Below are positions 8,549 to 17,144 of a DNA stretch of 32,000 nt, one piece after another. The notes under the pieces were generated by a model. It made no database searches. It was not told the origin of the DNA and worked only from the letters and a program-made list of their open reading frames with translations. The translations under genes and the position numbers were made by a program. This DNA comes from Candidatus Heimdallarchaeota archaeon. Its GTDB lineage: Archaea; Asgardarchaeota; Heimdallarchaeia; JABLTI01. The DNA is taken from contig JAUWKS010000014.1 in assembly GCA_030614005.1 (NCBI GenBank), forward strand, positions 30,001-62,000. The letters are read 5' to 3'. Position 1 is the stretch's first letter. Each line of letters begins with the position of its first letter.

Positions 8549-10828
8549 TTAGAATGAGAGTTTGAATACTTCTGTTAGAATTTTATCAAGCTCTAATAAA
8601 CTATTAGCTATTCTCTTTAATCCGAGGTATTCTGCTAAAGGCGTTAAACCTGCAATAAGTGATTTTACATTGGCTTCGACCCTCAGTAAGTCACCTTCGT
8701 ATAATTGATGCTTCTTCACCACATCGATAATTTCTTTACCTAATATCACATGCTCATAAATTGGTCGTTTGAAATTATCATTTGGAATATAGAAATTCCC
8801 TTCATTGGTTTGTTGGGTGAGTTTAAGAATTTCATACAACATTTCTGTTAAATTGGCATTCTTTTGGGTGAGATCGTACATTAACCAATCTTTTAGACGT
8901 TCAAATCTCTTTACAGATATTCCCATCTCAGAGCAAATACTGCCTTTTGTTGTAGTTTGAAATTTCCCATTATATGACTCTTTAATATAGCCTCGATATT
9001 TTAGAGAATGCAAGATAGAGAAATCTCTATTCAAAATCTCTTTGATTGTAGCTAACGGTTGTTCTTTTAATACGGTCATTCGATGCTTGCAGAATATTTT
9101 CTTTGAATCACAAGAACATGATAATTTTCCATTCATGAATGAAACAGTAAAATTATTTTTTCCATTTTCTATCTTAAAAGATTGTATGTTTTGATTAGAT
9201 AATTCACTCACAATAATCAGATTTTCAGTTGGATAAATTTTCTCTAAATCGGACAAAATTTCATTTGTAATTTTAATATTTTGTTTTAAAAGTAATTTAT
9301 AATATACCTCAGAAACATTTTCCGTATTCAATGATGTGTTAGATTCATTCTTCATTGCTAACACTTGATTCTTTGAATAATCGAAGAAACTCTCTTGTAT
9401 TAGTTTTACTAATTCTGTAAAATCTGGCTTACGACTATAAATTAAGGAAAGAACCATTCTTTCAAATTCTTCTTTACTATTGATCCTACTTTTAATATGA
9501 TCAAATTGTGGTTTTTTTTTATTTAAATCACCAATGTAGTGGCTTTCCAATTGCCAGTATCTCTCTCGTATAGTTCTTTCTTCCCTTCTATCTAGAGCTA
9601 ATATTGTACTCTTCCCGTGTAGATCATAATTAGGTCTACCAGCTCTACCAGCTATTTGATGGAAAACATTTCTAGAAAGCCATTCATTGTTCCATCTTTT
9701 AGTATCAAGAATGACGACTTCACGTGCAGGGAGATTTACACCTGCACCAAGCGTTTCTGTGCAAAATAAGACTCGAATAAATCCCAAACGAAATAATTCT
9801 TCAACTGCTTTTTGTGCAATACGACTTAGTCCTGCATGATGAAAGGCAGTTCCCTTTTCCACTAAATCATAAATTAATGCATTCCCTAAGGAATCGCGGG
9901 ATAAAGGAATACTGTCTAAAAAACTAAGCACCCTTCCTACATTGAAATTGCCACTTCCATTAAGGCATTTCTCTATGTAATTTGAATATTCAGAAGCTAA
10001 TTCCTCAGATTTAGATCTTGTTCCACAGAAAATCAATATTTGAGCATCAAGAGGAATATTATCTCGAATTATTTTTTTCACACTGACTTCAGGTCGAAAT
10101 GTAGGTATTATTTCAAAATCAAGAGGTATTAACCGTTTAGAGCTGCTTATTAATACAGCATCCAACCAAGTAGCAATATCACTTGGATTTGCTGCTGTTG
10201 CTGAGAGTAAGATTAACCTTACTTTTCCCTTCAATGCAATTAGTATTGTTTCTAGAGTTGCTCCACGTTGAGAATCACCAATTAAATGAAACTCATCTAC
10301 GATAACATTTTTTATTTTACCAAGTAAACTTGGCAAGCGACCAATAATAGTTCTAAATCGTTCATAAGTAGAAATTAAGATATGGCATTTTCTAATTTCT
10401 TCTTCATTAAAATCCACTTCTGACATAGACATATGAATTTTGACACCGAATTTTTTATACATTTTAGCTAAATGATTTGCTTTTTCTTCTGCTAATGCAC
10501 GCAAAGGAACTAGAAAAATCGTTTTTGTATCGAAAGTCATTTCTTCTCTAAGTTTTCTTTTTTCAAGTTTTGTGAGGCTCTCTTCTTGTAAGGAGTCAAA
10601 CTCATTGTCCAAATCATTTTCCCTATCAAGTAATTCCACAATAGTAATTAATTCCGCAATCAATGTTTTCCCTGAACCACTAGGAGAAACGATAACTAGA
10701 TTTTCTTCTCCAAAAATGTACGGATAAGCCTTTCTTTGTATGTCTGTGAATTTTTTTATTCCGCCTTGTAAGAGGACTTTTTGTAATTCATCGGGAAGTT
10801 GTTTGATGTAATTATTTGTAACAACCAT
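8549..10828 (-). CDS. Ski2/Hel308-like SF2 DEAD/DEAH helicase with SWIM zinc finger
   Basis: SPSGSGKT, VPLRALAEEK, DEFH, LSAT, HHAGL, TETLGAGVNLPA and QIAGRAGR motifs. SWIM-like CSC-x6-CKH at about 9083-9118. Confidence 0.9.
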   Translation of the reverse strand: MVVTNNYIKQLPDELQKVLLQGGIKKFTDIQRKAYPYIFGEENLVIVSPSGSGKTLIAELITIVELLDRENDLDNEFDSLQEESLTKLEKRKLREEMTFDTKTIFLVPLRALAEEKANHLAKMYKKFGVKIHMSMSEVDFNEEEIRKCHILISTYERFRTIIGRLPSLLGKIKNVIVDEFHLIGDSQRGATLETILIALKGKVRLILLSATAANPSDIATWLDAVLISSSKRLIPLDFEIIPTFRPEVSVKKIIRDNIPLDAQILIFCGTRSKSEELASEYSNYIEKCLNGSGNFNVGRVLSFLDSIPLSRDSLGNALIYDLVEKGTAFHHAGLSRIAQKAVEELFRLGFIRVLFCTETLGAGVNLPAREVVILDTKRWNNEWLSRNVFHQIAGRAGRPNYDLHGKSTILALDRREERTIRERYWQLESHYIGDLNKKKPQFDHIKSRINSKEEFERMVLSLIYSRKPDFTELVKLIQESFFDYSKNQVLAMKNESNTSLNTENVSEVYYKLLLKQNIKITNEILSDLEKIYPTENLIIVSELSNQNIQSFKIENGKNNFTVSFMNGKLSCSCDSKKIFCKHRMTVLKEQPLATIKEILNRDFSILHSLKYRGYIKESYNGKFQTTTKGSICSEMGISVKRFERLKDWLMYDLTQKNANLTEMLYEILKLTQQTNEGNFYIPNDNFKRPIYEHVILGKEIIDVVKKHQLYEGDLLRVEANVKSLIAGLTPLAEYLGLKRIANSLLELDKILTEVFKLSF

Positions 10829-10894
10829 TTTCTTTTCTCCGCTACTGGTTCTTGCGAGATCAATTACTATTGTTTTAATAAGTTAGAATCGATT

Positions 10895-11203
10895 TCATGT
10901 TTTATTTTCAAGCAGCTTGTAGCAAGCATTAACTGCAAATTCGAAGATACCTCTTTCTACTAGCTCGTCAGTAATGATTTCTTCTAAAGTGAGTGAGTTA
11001 TAACATTGTTCTCTAGTAATACAAGATGTACATTTAGCATGATCAAAGTAAGGACAGATATCATTATGATATCGGATGTTTTTCCACTCAAGCATTAGCA
11101 TTAAATTAGGTAGATTGTGAATTCTATGTCTCAGTTTATTGGTTCCCCAGTAATTTATTTCATCAGCTTTCATAAGGCGCGTTCCCTGTTCAAGTAGATA
11201 CAA
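10895..11203 (-). CDS. Small hypothetical protein with Cys cluster
   Basis: CPYFDHAKCTSCITREQC (four Cys). Co-oriented with and just upstream of the helicase. TTG start uncertain. Confidence 0.55.
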   Translation of the reverse strand: MYLLEQGTRLMKADEINYWGTNKLRHRIHNLPNLMLMLEWKNIRYHNDICPYFDHAKCTSCITREQCYNSLTLEEIITDELVERGIFEFAVNACYKLLENKT

Positions 11204-11440
11204 GCTATCATCATTGTTTCATTGTGTTACTTCTTCAAAGAATCACCAGTCAATTTCATTTAAAAAGAACCCAATAGTAGATTTGTAAGATAAAAACAGT
11301 ATATTTATGGTTACAGCTTAATATTCTAATTTTACTAGATAGTAAAATTTTAGATTTAAATTGAAACTTTTTATATTAATGCTTACCATTAAGAATATTA
11401 AGTTGAAATTACAAATCAATATTGTGTGACGTGAATACTT

Positions 11441-11884
11441 ATGTCTCTTACAACAAAATCTCAAATTGATACAATAATGATCAAACCAGCAATGGTTGAC
11501 GAGAATGACTCCATGAGTGTAATTGCTAAAGTTTTATTACAAACGAATAAAGGTTGTGTCTTTGTAACAAGTATTGGTGAAGTAGTCGGAATCATCACTG
11601 AAAGAGATATTCTAAGGTTATTATTAAAAGAAGGATGTATGCTCTCGGAAGAAATTGAAGCTCAGGATTTTATGGTCAAACCTGTAATTTCAATTCCAAA
11701 AACTGCTACTTTAGCAGCAGCAGATGATTTAATGGCACAAACTGGTGTAAATAGATTAGCAGTTGTAGAAAAGGAAGGATCATTAATTGTCGTTGGTATC
11801 CTTGATTCTGAAATGCTTAATGTTAACCTAAAAACTGAAGTATTAAAAACTTACAAGAAAAGACAAAAATATGTCCAAAAATAG
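11441..11884 (+). CDS. CBS-domain pair protein
   Basis: Two CBS repeats: GCVFV...VVGIITERDIL and FMVKPVISI...RLAVVE...VVGILD. Confidence 0.9.
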   Translation: MSLTTKSQIDTIMIKPAMVDENDSMSVIAKVLLQTNKGCVFVTSIGEVVGIITERDILRLLLKEGCMLSEEIEAQDFMVKPVISIPKTATLAAADDLMAQTGVNRLAVVEKEGSLIVVGILDSEMLNVNLKTEVLKTYKKRQKYVQK

Positions 11885-11903
11885 TGATTAGACGATCTTT
11901 TCA

Positions 11904-12839
11904 TTATTTTTTCTCTTTTTTCTTCTTATCTTTAAGATATTCTCTCAAAAAATAAGAGCAATTATCCGTAAACTGACAGAATTTACACATCCAATTCTGT
12001 GGACAATCTGCAGGTTTTCTTTCTCTTTTCCAATAACCAAGAGCCCATTCCATATCAACTTCAAAACTTTCTTGATGATACAAACTTCGATCATTACAAA
12101 CTTCCGACCGATCTTCTTGATGAAGATAAATGGCGTGTAGCTCAAGTGATTGTTCTGGAAGATTTCTTAATATTTCAAATACTTTTATTAAAAGTTCATG
12201 TGGAGGTGTGGTCTCTAATAGCTTGATTTGTTCTTCTGGAAGTTGTTTAAGTAATTCTTCCGATGGAACTAACTCATTAGGCATATCAAAATAATCCTTG
12301 AACATCTCTTCATTAAAATCACCTGATTTCAGATCACTCAGCAAATGCCAATATACTTGCATTTGAATTCTATTTCTTCTTTTTTGTTCATAGGTGGGCG
12401 CTCTTCGTGATTTTCTCGTTTTATAATCTGTAATAACGAGAAGTTTGTTTCCCTCACTATCCTCCTCAATTTTTATTTGGTCAATTACCCCAAGACATGG
12501 TATGCCATTTATTTTACCAACAACAGGTAGCTCTCGAGTCACTTTTAATTCATTAAACATTACTAATTTGGAATACATTTGCAGAATATAAGCGATTATA
12601 CTATCTTCATTTGTTGTTACTTCAACTTCTATAATTGGACCAAGCTCTTCTTCAAGACTTCGATGGATTTCTGAACCTTTAATCATTTCAGGTGTTGGTT
12701 CCATTCCTAACTGTAATTTCAAATGTAGCTGCATCTCACACCAAAATTGATCAGCTATTTTACTTGCTGATATATGGTGAACTTCGTCTTGGAAAAGTTC
12801 CTTCTCATTTTCATCTAAACTATTGCCTCGTTCACTCAT
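11904..12839 (-). CDS. Exonuclease V (EXO5/Dem1)-like PD-(D/E)XK nuclease with Fe-S cluster
   Basis: SASKIADQFWCEMQ, GSEIH, RELPVVG, GVIDQI, ITDYKTR, QMQVY, and C-terminal CKFCQFTDNC. This gives one N-terminal plus three C-terminal Cys, as in the EXO5/Cas4/AddB group. Confidence 0.8.
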   Translation of the reverse strand: MSERGNSLDENEKELFQDEVHHISASKIADQFWCEMQLHLKLQLGMEPTPEMIKGSEIHRSLEEELGPIIEVEVTTNEDSIIAYILQMYSKLVMFNELKVTRELPVVGKINGIPCLGVIDQIKIEEDSEGNKLLVITDYKTRKSRRAPTYEQKRRNRIQMQVYWHLLSDLKSGDFNEEMFKDYFDMPNELVPSEELLKQLPEEQIKLLETTPPHELLIKVFEILRNLPEQSLELHAIYLHQEDRSEVCNDRSLYHQESFEVDMEWALGYWKRERKPADCPQNWMCKFCQFTDNCSYFLREYLKDKKKKEKK

Positions 12840-12965
12840 ATTTTAAAATAGAAACAGAAGTTGAATTTAATTTTACTGTTAATGAAAAGAAATGGTTTGG
12901 GGGGTTTTTATTTCTCGTTTTGAATGATTCTATAGGCGATGTTTGTGATTTTTGTAAAAAATAGG

Positions 12966-13232
12966 TTGGAAATACTAGACTCAAGCAGTTTCTTAGATAG
13001 CCTAAAAGACATTCCAAATAATTTTGCAACAATTTTCAGTAATGCCGTTGCCTTTCTAATTACAATTTGTTTTGCACTTGGAGTTATTCTAGCCATTATT
13101 GGTGCAATAAAATGGGCAACTGGTTGGGATGAACGTAGTGGTAAGAAAACAATTGTAAAAGGAATTGTACTTATTGCTCTTTCATTAATCGCTGGAAGCT
13201 TGGGCATTGGAATAGCTACACTTACAACATAA
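12966..13232 (+). CDS. Small two-TM protein, TrbC/VirB2 pilin-like
   Basis: Two hydrophobic helices joined by GAIKWATGWDERSGKKTIVKG. TTG 12966 is the probable start; the ORF track begins at 12939. Confidence 0.55.
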   Translation: MEILDSSSFLDSLKDIPNNFATIFSNAVAFLITICFALGVILAIIGAIKWATGWDERSGKKTIVKGIVLIALSLIAGSLGIGIATLTT

Positions 13233-13339
13233 TAAATAGGTAATAAAATTACAATATCATTCCTTTTGTAATAACTTTAAAAATAGCTAATCCATTTGTT
13301 ATGTGTGAGCTATGAAAATTATTTCTAGGAGATAAAAAA

Positions 13340-14644
13340 ATGCAAATTGAAATATCAAGAAAATGGTTTTTAGTTGTTGTGGGATTAGCAGATTGGCGAG
13401 CAAAAGCACAAGAATTACCTCATCAAGAATATAAGGAATTACAAAAAGTAATTGATAACTATATTTCTCGAATAAATAGAGATTTTAGAAAAAGAGGTGG
13501 TATAGTTACTAGTCTCTTTTGGTCCCAAGAAAACCTCTCTCCAACATTTTTATTGGAAGAATCTCGAACAAATGAGAACTTTTTGAAGGAAATGAGGGTT
13601 AAGTTAGGTGATGTTACAGAAAAAATTTATGCTGGTCTATCAATTGATGAGAGAAATTCAACATTAGGGAAAAATCTACAGGCAGTTTCCCCACAAGGGC
13701 GTATTCTTATCCTTGAATGCACTATACCTCAAAGTAGTGAATTTATACCTGATGACGACCATGTATTATCGGCATTTACTGATGCTTTTAACTCCGAATT
13801 TCTTACTATAAAGAGAGCAGAGCATGACTTTCAAGGTAGGAAAGAATGGTTAGCTGCAATGGATGCTCTCTTAACTCGAGAGTCGATAAGAGAAGTTGGT
13901 CCGGTTAAGAAAATAAAAGAAGCAAAAGTTGTTGAAGGAAAGCGATTATATGATCGGAAAACACCTGGTGATTTTGAAAAAATAACTCGCATTTTACATG
14001 GAGCAGTTCCTTTCAGGCCTAGTCTTTTTGATCTCAAACCGCTTCCTCAATCTTCTTTTGATACTAGAGGAACACTTGGGCATATAGTAATTCAGTATCT
14101 GGCTACAGGTGGAGATTTCCCCATAAAACTCAATTGGCGCTCAAATACTCATGAACGAATGGGGCGAAGAACTGAAGAATTGCAGCTGGTTGAATTCGAA
14201 GGAGTCGAATGGAAAGATTTGGATAAATTACTCTCAATTTCAAGAGAAATTGCTTATGAACATATAGAGAAAACAATCTCCGATGTTGGTGGGATAAAAT
14301 TCGATTCTCTATGGACAGAGAGAGATTCATCATCAAATATCTTTTTCCTATCAAAATTCTCATTCACAGAAGATATTCTGAAAAGCATCAAAGAATTTCT
14401 TATCTTGGATTCTCGAAAGCAATTAGAAGGACATATTGGCCCAAGTACCACTGCATTATTTGATGTTTGGCGTAGAGCAGGATTACATTTCAATATGCTT
14501 GTTTTTGAAGTACGAGGTTTTGATGTTGAAGAAGATAAAAAACTGACAACTTGGGTTCAGCAACTTAAAGGGAAAGCTCCTCCAGGTCCAACTTATAATG
14601 CAGAAAAAGAAGTTTTAGAAGCACGGCACTATCGCCCATATTAG
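13340..14644 (+). CDS. Hypothetical protein with an apparent internal duplication (possible degenerate palm/GGDEF-like domains)
   Basis: Long ORF with an AGGAG Shine-Dalgarno site. Residues ~11-100 resemble residues ~281-367. Confidence 0.65.
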   Translation: MQIEISRKWFLVVVGLADWRAKAQELPHQEYKELQKVIDNYISRINRDFRKRGGIVTSLFWSQENLSPTFLLEESRTNENFLKEMRVKLGDVTEKIYAGLSIDERNSTLGKNLQAVSPQGRILILECTIPQSSEFIPDDDHVLSAFTDAFNSEFLTIKRAEHDFQGRKEWLAAMDALLTRESIREVGPVKKIKEAKVVEGKRLYDRKTPGDFEKITRILHGAVPFRPSLFDLKPLPQSSFDTRGTLGHIVIQYLATGGDFPIKLNWRSNTHERMGRRTEELQLVEFEGVEWKDLDKLLSISREIAYEHIEKTISDVGGIKFDSLWTERDSSSNIFFLSKFSFTEDILKSIKEFLILDSRKQLEGHIGPSTTALFDVWRRAGLHFNMLVFEVRGFDVEEDKKLTTWVQQLKGKAPPGPTYNAEKEVLEARHYRPY

Positions 14645-14741
14645 ATGATGTGGATTTTTTTTCCACAGAACTTTCTTTTTTTGTGCTTACTTTTCGTATT
14701 TTCGTCGATTTAAAAGGTATTTTTCATCATAGAGTATTGAA

Positions 14742-15008
14742 GTGATTAAAATGATGAATCCAACCCAATTTCAAAAAGGAAAACTTATCCAGGAAGTTTG
14801 GGGAGAAAGTTGTTTAGAGTGTGATTGTACTGAGATGCCCAATGTTCATCTATACAGTCTGAAAAAAGAAGATGTTGCAGTTTTAACTTGTCCTACTTGT
14901 GATTTCACTATTGTTGTAGTAGAAATTGAAACATTATACCGATCCGATCTTAAAGACCAACTAAACGAAGATAAAAATAAAATTATCGCAACTAATAGTG
15001 CTGTATAG
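14742..15008 (+). CDS. Small zinc-ribbon protein
   Basis: Two Cys knuckles, CLECDC and CPTC, separated by about 20 aa. Confidence 0.65.
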   Translation: MIKMMNPTQFQKGKLIQEVWGESCLECDCTEMPNVHLYSLKKEDVAVLTCPTCDFTIVVVEIETLYRSDLKDQLNEDKNKIIATNSAV

Positions 15009-15226
15009 TACTTCAATTACGCTCATGGAGACACCTATAAATCCCTGATACACCTACATACTTCGATCTAAACTAAGAACTAATCTATAATCTAGATTGT
15101 TCAAGCGAGGCCTCGCAGAAGTCGAAGTAGCTATAAAATTGATACAAAATTGTTCATAAACAAAGTATTTAATATACGAACATCCTCATAAATCATAGAT
15201 TAAATATTAAATTGTGGTGATTTAAT

Positions 15227-15799
15227 TTGGGTAAAGCTATAGTAATAATTTTTGCAGCTGTTTCATTGGTTCTTCTACCAATGTCATTCTACTATATAGG
15301 TGATACATCCATTGATCCACCAGATTATACCATCGAAATTCAAGGCAACTTATATGATGTAAACATTGGAGATTTCTTTGGAGATGCAGGATTTTCCTTC
15401 TTCAAATTTTCATCCTCCGGAAGTGTTATTTTTACGCCTGCTGCTTGGAATGCTGCATTTACAGGCGAAGCAGTTTTTGGCATGCCTGCTGGGACATTTA
15501 TGATGATTCTCTGGTACGTTGGCATAGGTATGGCATCAATAGGAATCGTTGTAGCATTCTTTAAACCTAAAATATCTGGTATATTCTTTTCACTTGCAGC
15601 ACTTGCATACTTATTTCAAGGAATTGTTTGGTACCTAGGAATGACAGCTGAGTTTTCGAGTAGTCCTGAAGTGACAGTATTCCCAATCCCCTTGGGAGCA
15701 TTATTCTTCTTGGTAACTGCTATCGTTGCATTTACAACGAAAAAGAAAGAAGCTTATTACTATTCACCTGGCTATTCATATGGCTATGGTAGACGGTAA
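15227..15799 (+). CDS. Four-TM membrane protein with Tyr/Gly-rich C-tail
   Basis: TM1, a long loop, TM2-TM3, a short loop and TM4, then the tail KKKEAYYYSPGYSYGYGRR. TTG start after GGTGA. Confidence 0.7.
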   Translation: MGKAIVIIFAAVSLVLLPMSFYYIGDTSIDPPDYTIEIQGNLYDVNIGDFFGDAGFSFFKFSSSGSVIFTPAAWNAAFTGEAVFGMPAGTFMMILWYVGIGMASIGIVVAFFKPKISGIFFSLAALAYLFQGIVWYLGMTAEFSSSPEVTVFPIPLGALFFLVTAIVAFTTKKKEAYYYSPGYSYGYGRR

Positions 15800-15813
15800 G
15801 AAAAAGCTTTGAT

Positions 15814-15845
15814 AAAATGGGATTCCCCCATTTTCTTATATTTCT
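15814..15845 (+). terminator. Hairpin plus T-rich tract after the four-TM gene
   Basis: AAAATGGG (15814-15821) / CCCATTTT (15827-15834) form an 8-bp stem, followed by CTTATATTTCTT. Confidence 0.5.
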
Positions 15846-15961
15846 TCTACGATTTTATATCAATTTCATTTCTGAACTTCTTACCTCAAGGGAACATTTT
15901 TATTAAATTATGTCTGATGAATTAGAATCTTCTAAATCACATGTAAGAGGGTGACTACAAT

Positions 15962-16597
15962 TTGACAGATCTAAATGATGGGTCTATTGTTTACTGGCAA
16001 AAAGCAAGTTTCTACCTAAATATTACGAATCGGTGCACGAATGATTGTATTTTTTGCGTTAGAAATTATAAAACTGGTGTATTTGGATTTAAATTGAAAT
16101 TAGCGAGAGATCCCACGGAACAAGAAATTATTAATGCTCTAAGAAAATATTTGACACAAGCATTCAACGAAGTAGTTTTTACGGGTTATGGGGAACCTCT
16201 TGAACGTTTGGAAGTTGTTTGCAATGTTTCAAGAGAAGTAAATAAACTATTTCCTGAAATAACCATAAGACTAGATACTAATGGATTGGGCGAGCTCATT
16301 AATCCCGATGTTGATGTTATTATGGAATTAAAACAAGCAGGAATAAACCAAGTTTCAATCAGTTTAAACGCAAGTAATGCAGAGCAATATTATAAGATAT
16401 GTCAACCAAAATTTGGTATACAATCCTTTGAAGCATTACTGCGCTTTGCTAAAAGCGCTAATCAATTTTTCAAAATTAATTATACCATCGTAGCCATACC
16501 TCAAATTGACATTCAAGCTTGCCAGAAACTAGCTGACGAGCAGAAAATTTCTCTGAAAATTCGGCACTATTCTGGTCCTGAATTAGTTATTGAATGA
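15962..16597 (+). CDS. TatD-family-associated radical SAM protein
   Basis: YLNITNRCTNDCIFCVRN (CxxxCxxC), EVVFTGYGEP, IRLDTNGLG, VSISLNA. Confidence 0.85.
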   Translation: MTDLNDGSIVYWQKASFYLNITNRCTNDCIFCVRNYKTGVFGFKLKLARDPTEQEIINALRKYLTQAFNEVVFTGYGEPLERLEVVCNVSREVNKLFPEITIRLDTNGLGELINPDVDVIMELKQAGINQVSISLNASNAEQYYKICQPKFGIQSFEALLRFAKSANQFFKINYTIVAIPQIDIQACQKLADEQKISLKIRHYSGPELVIE

Positions 16598-16713
16598 AAA
16601 GATACGAATACTTTCGGTGAACTCCTTCTCTACTTTGTGCTTTTTAAGTAAAATCCACATATTATAGTAATGAGAGTAGTTAGTTCTCTAGGAAGAAAGG
16701 AAAGGTAAAGGTA

Positions 16714-17040
16714 ATGGCTTGTGCAATAACAGAAAATTACATCCAAAATGGTATACTCGCCTTAGAACAGAGGGATTTGGCGACTGCAACAGAAAATTTC
16801 TCTAAAGCGCTTATAGAAGAAAATAGCAATGAACCTGAATATTGGTGTTTATTAGCTGAATCTTTATTTTATCAGGCTCAATTCGAGAGTTCATTAGTAT
16901 GTTGGAAAGAAGCAGCAACTTTAACCCCATTAAGTAAAAAAATCTGGGTTAGAATTAGTGCTTTGTATGCATTAATGGATCAAGATGATTTAGCAATACA
17001 CTACTATGAATTATCTGAAGGATTACCCATAGAAGGATAA
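16714..17040 (+). CDS. Tetratricopeptide repeat protein
   Basis: GILALEQRDLATATENFSKAL...PEYWCLLAESLF...A...P...IWVRISALY matches a TPR helical pattern. Confidence 0.8.
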   Translation: MACAITENYIQNGILALEQRDLATATENFSKALIEENSNEPEYWCLLAESLFYQAQFESSLVCWKEAATLTPLSKKIWVRISALYALMDQDDLAIHYYELSEGLPIEG

Positions 17041-17144
17041 CTTCTAAATCGGTTCTTCAAACAAACAATTCAAGGGAATTTATTTATTATAGTGAGAATA
17101 TTATCTAATTTGTTCTTAATATTGAATAGAAGGGTAAGAAAAAA

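Noticed and set aside
11904-12839. Cas4 as evidence of a CRISPR-Cas locus
   Set aside because: There are no cas1/cas2 genes and no repeat-spacer array in the window, and the motifs fit EXO5 better.
15020-15060. Fluoride (crcB) riboswitch look-alike (ATGGAG...TATAAA...CTGAT...CCTAC)
   Set aside because: Neither the P1 stem nor the pseudoknot strands are complementary, so only scattered words match.
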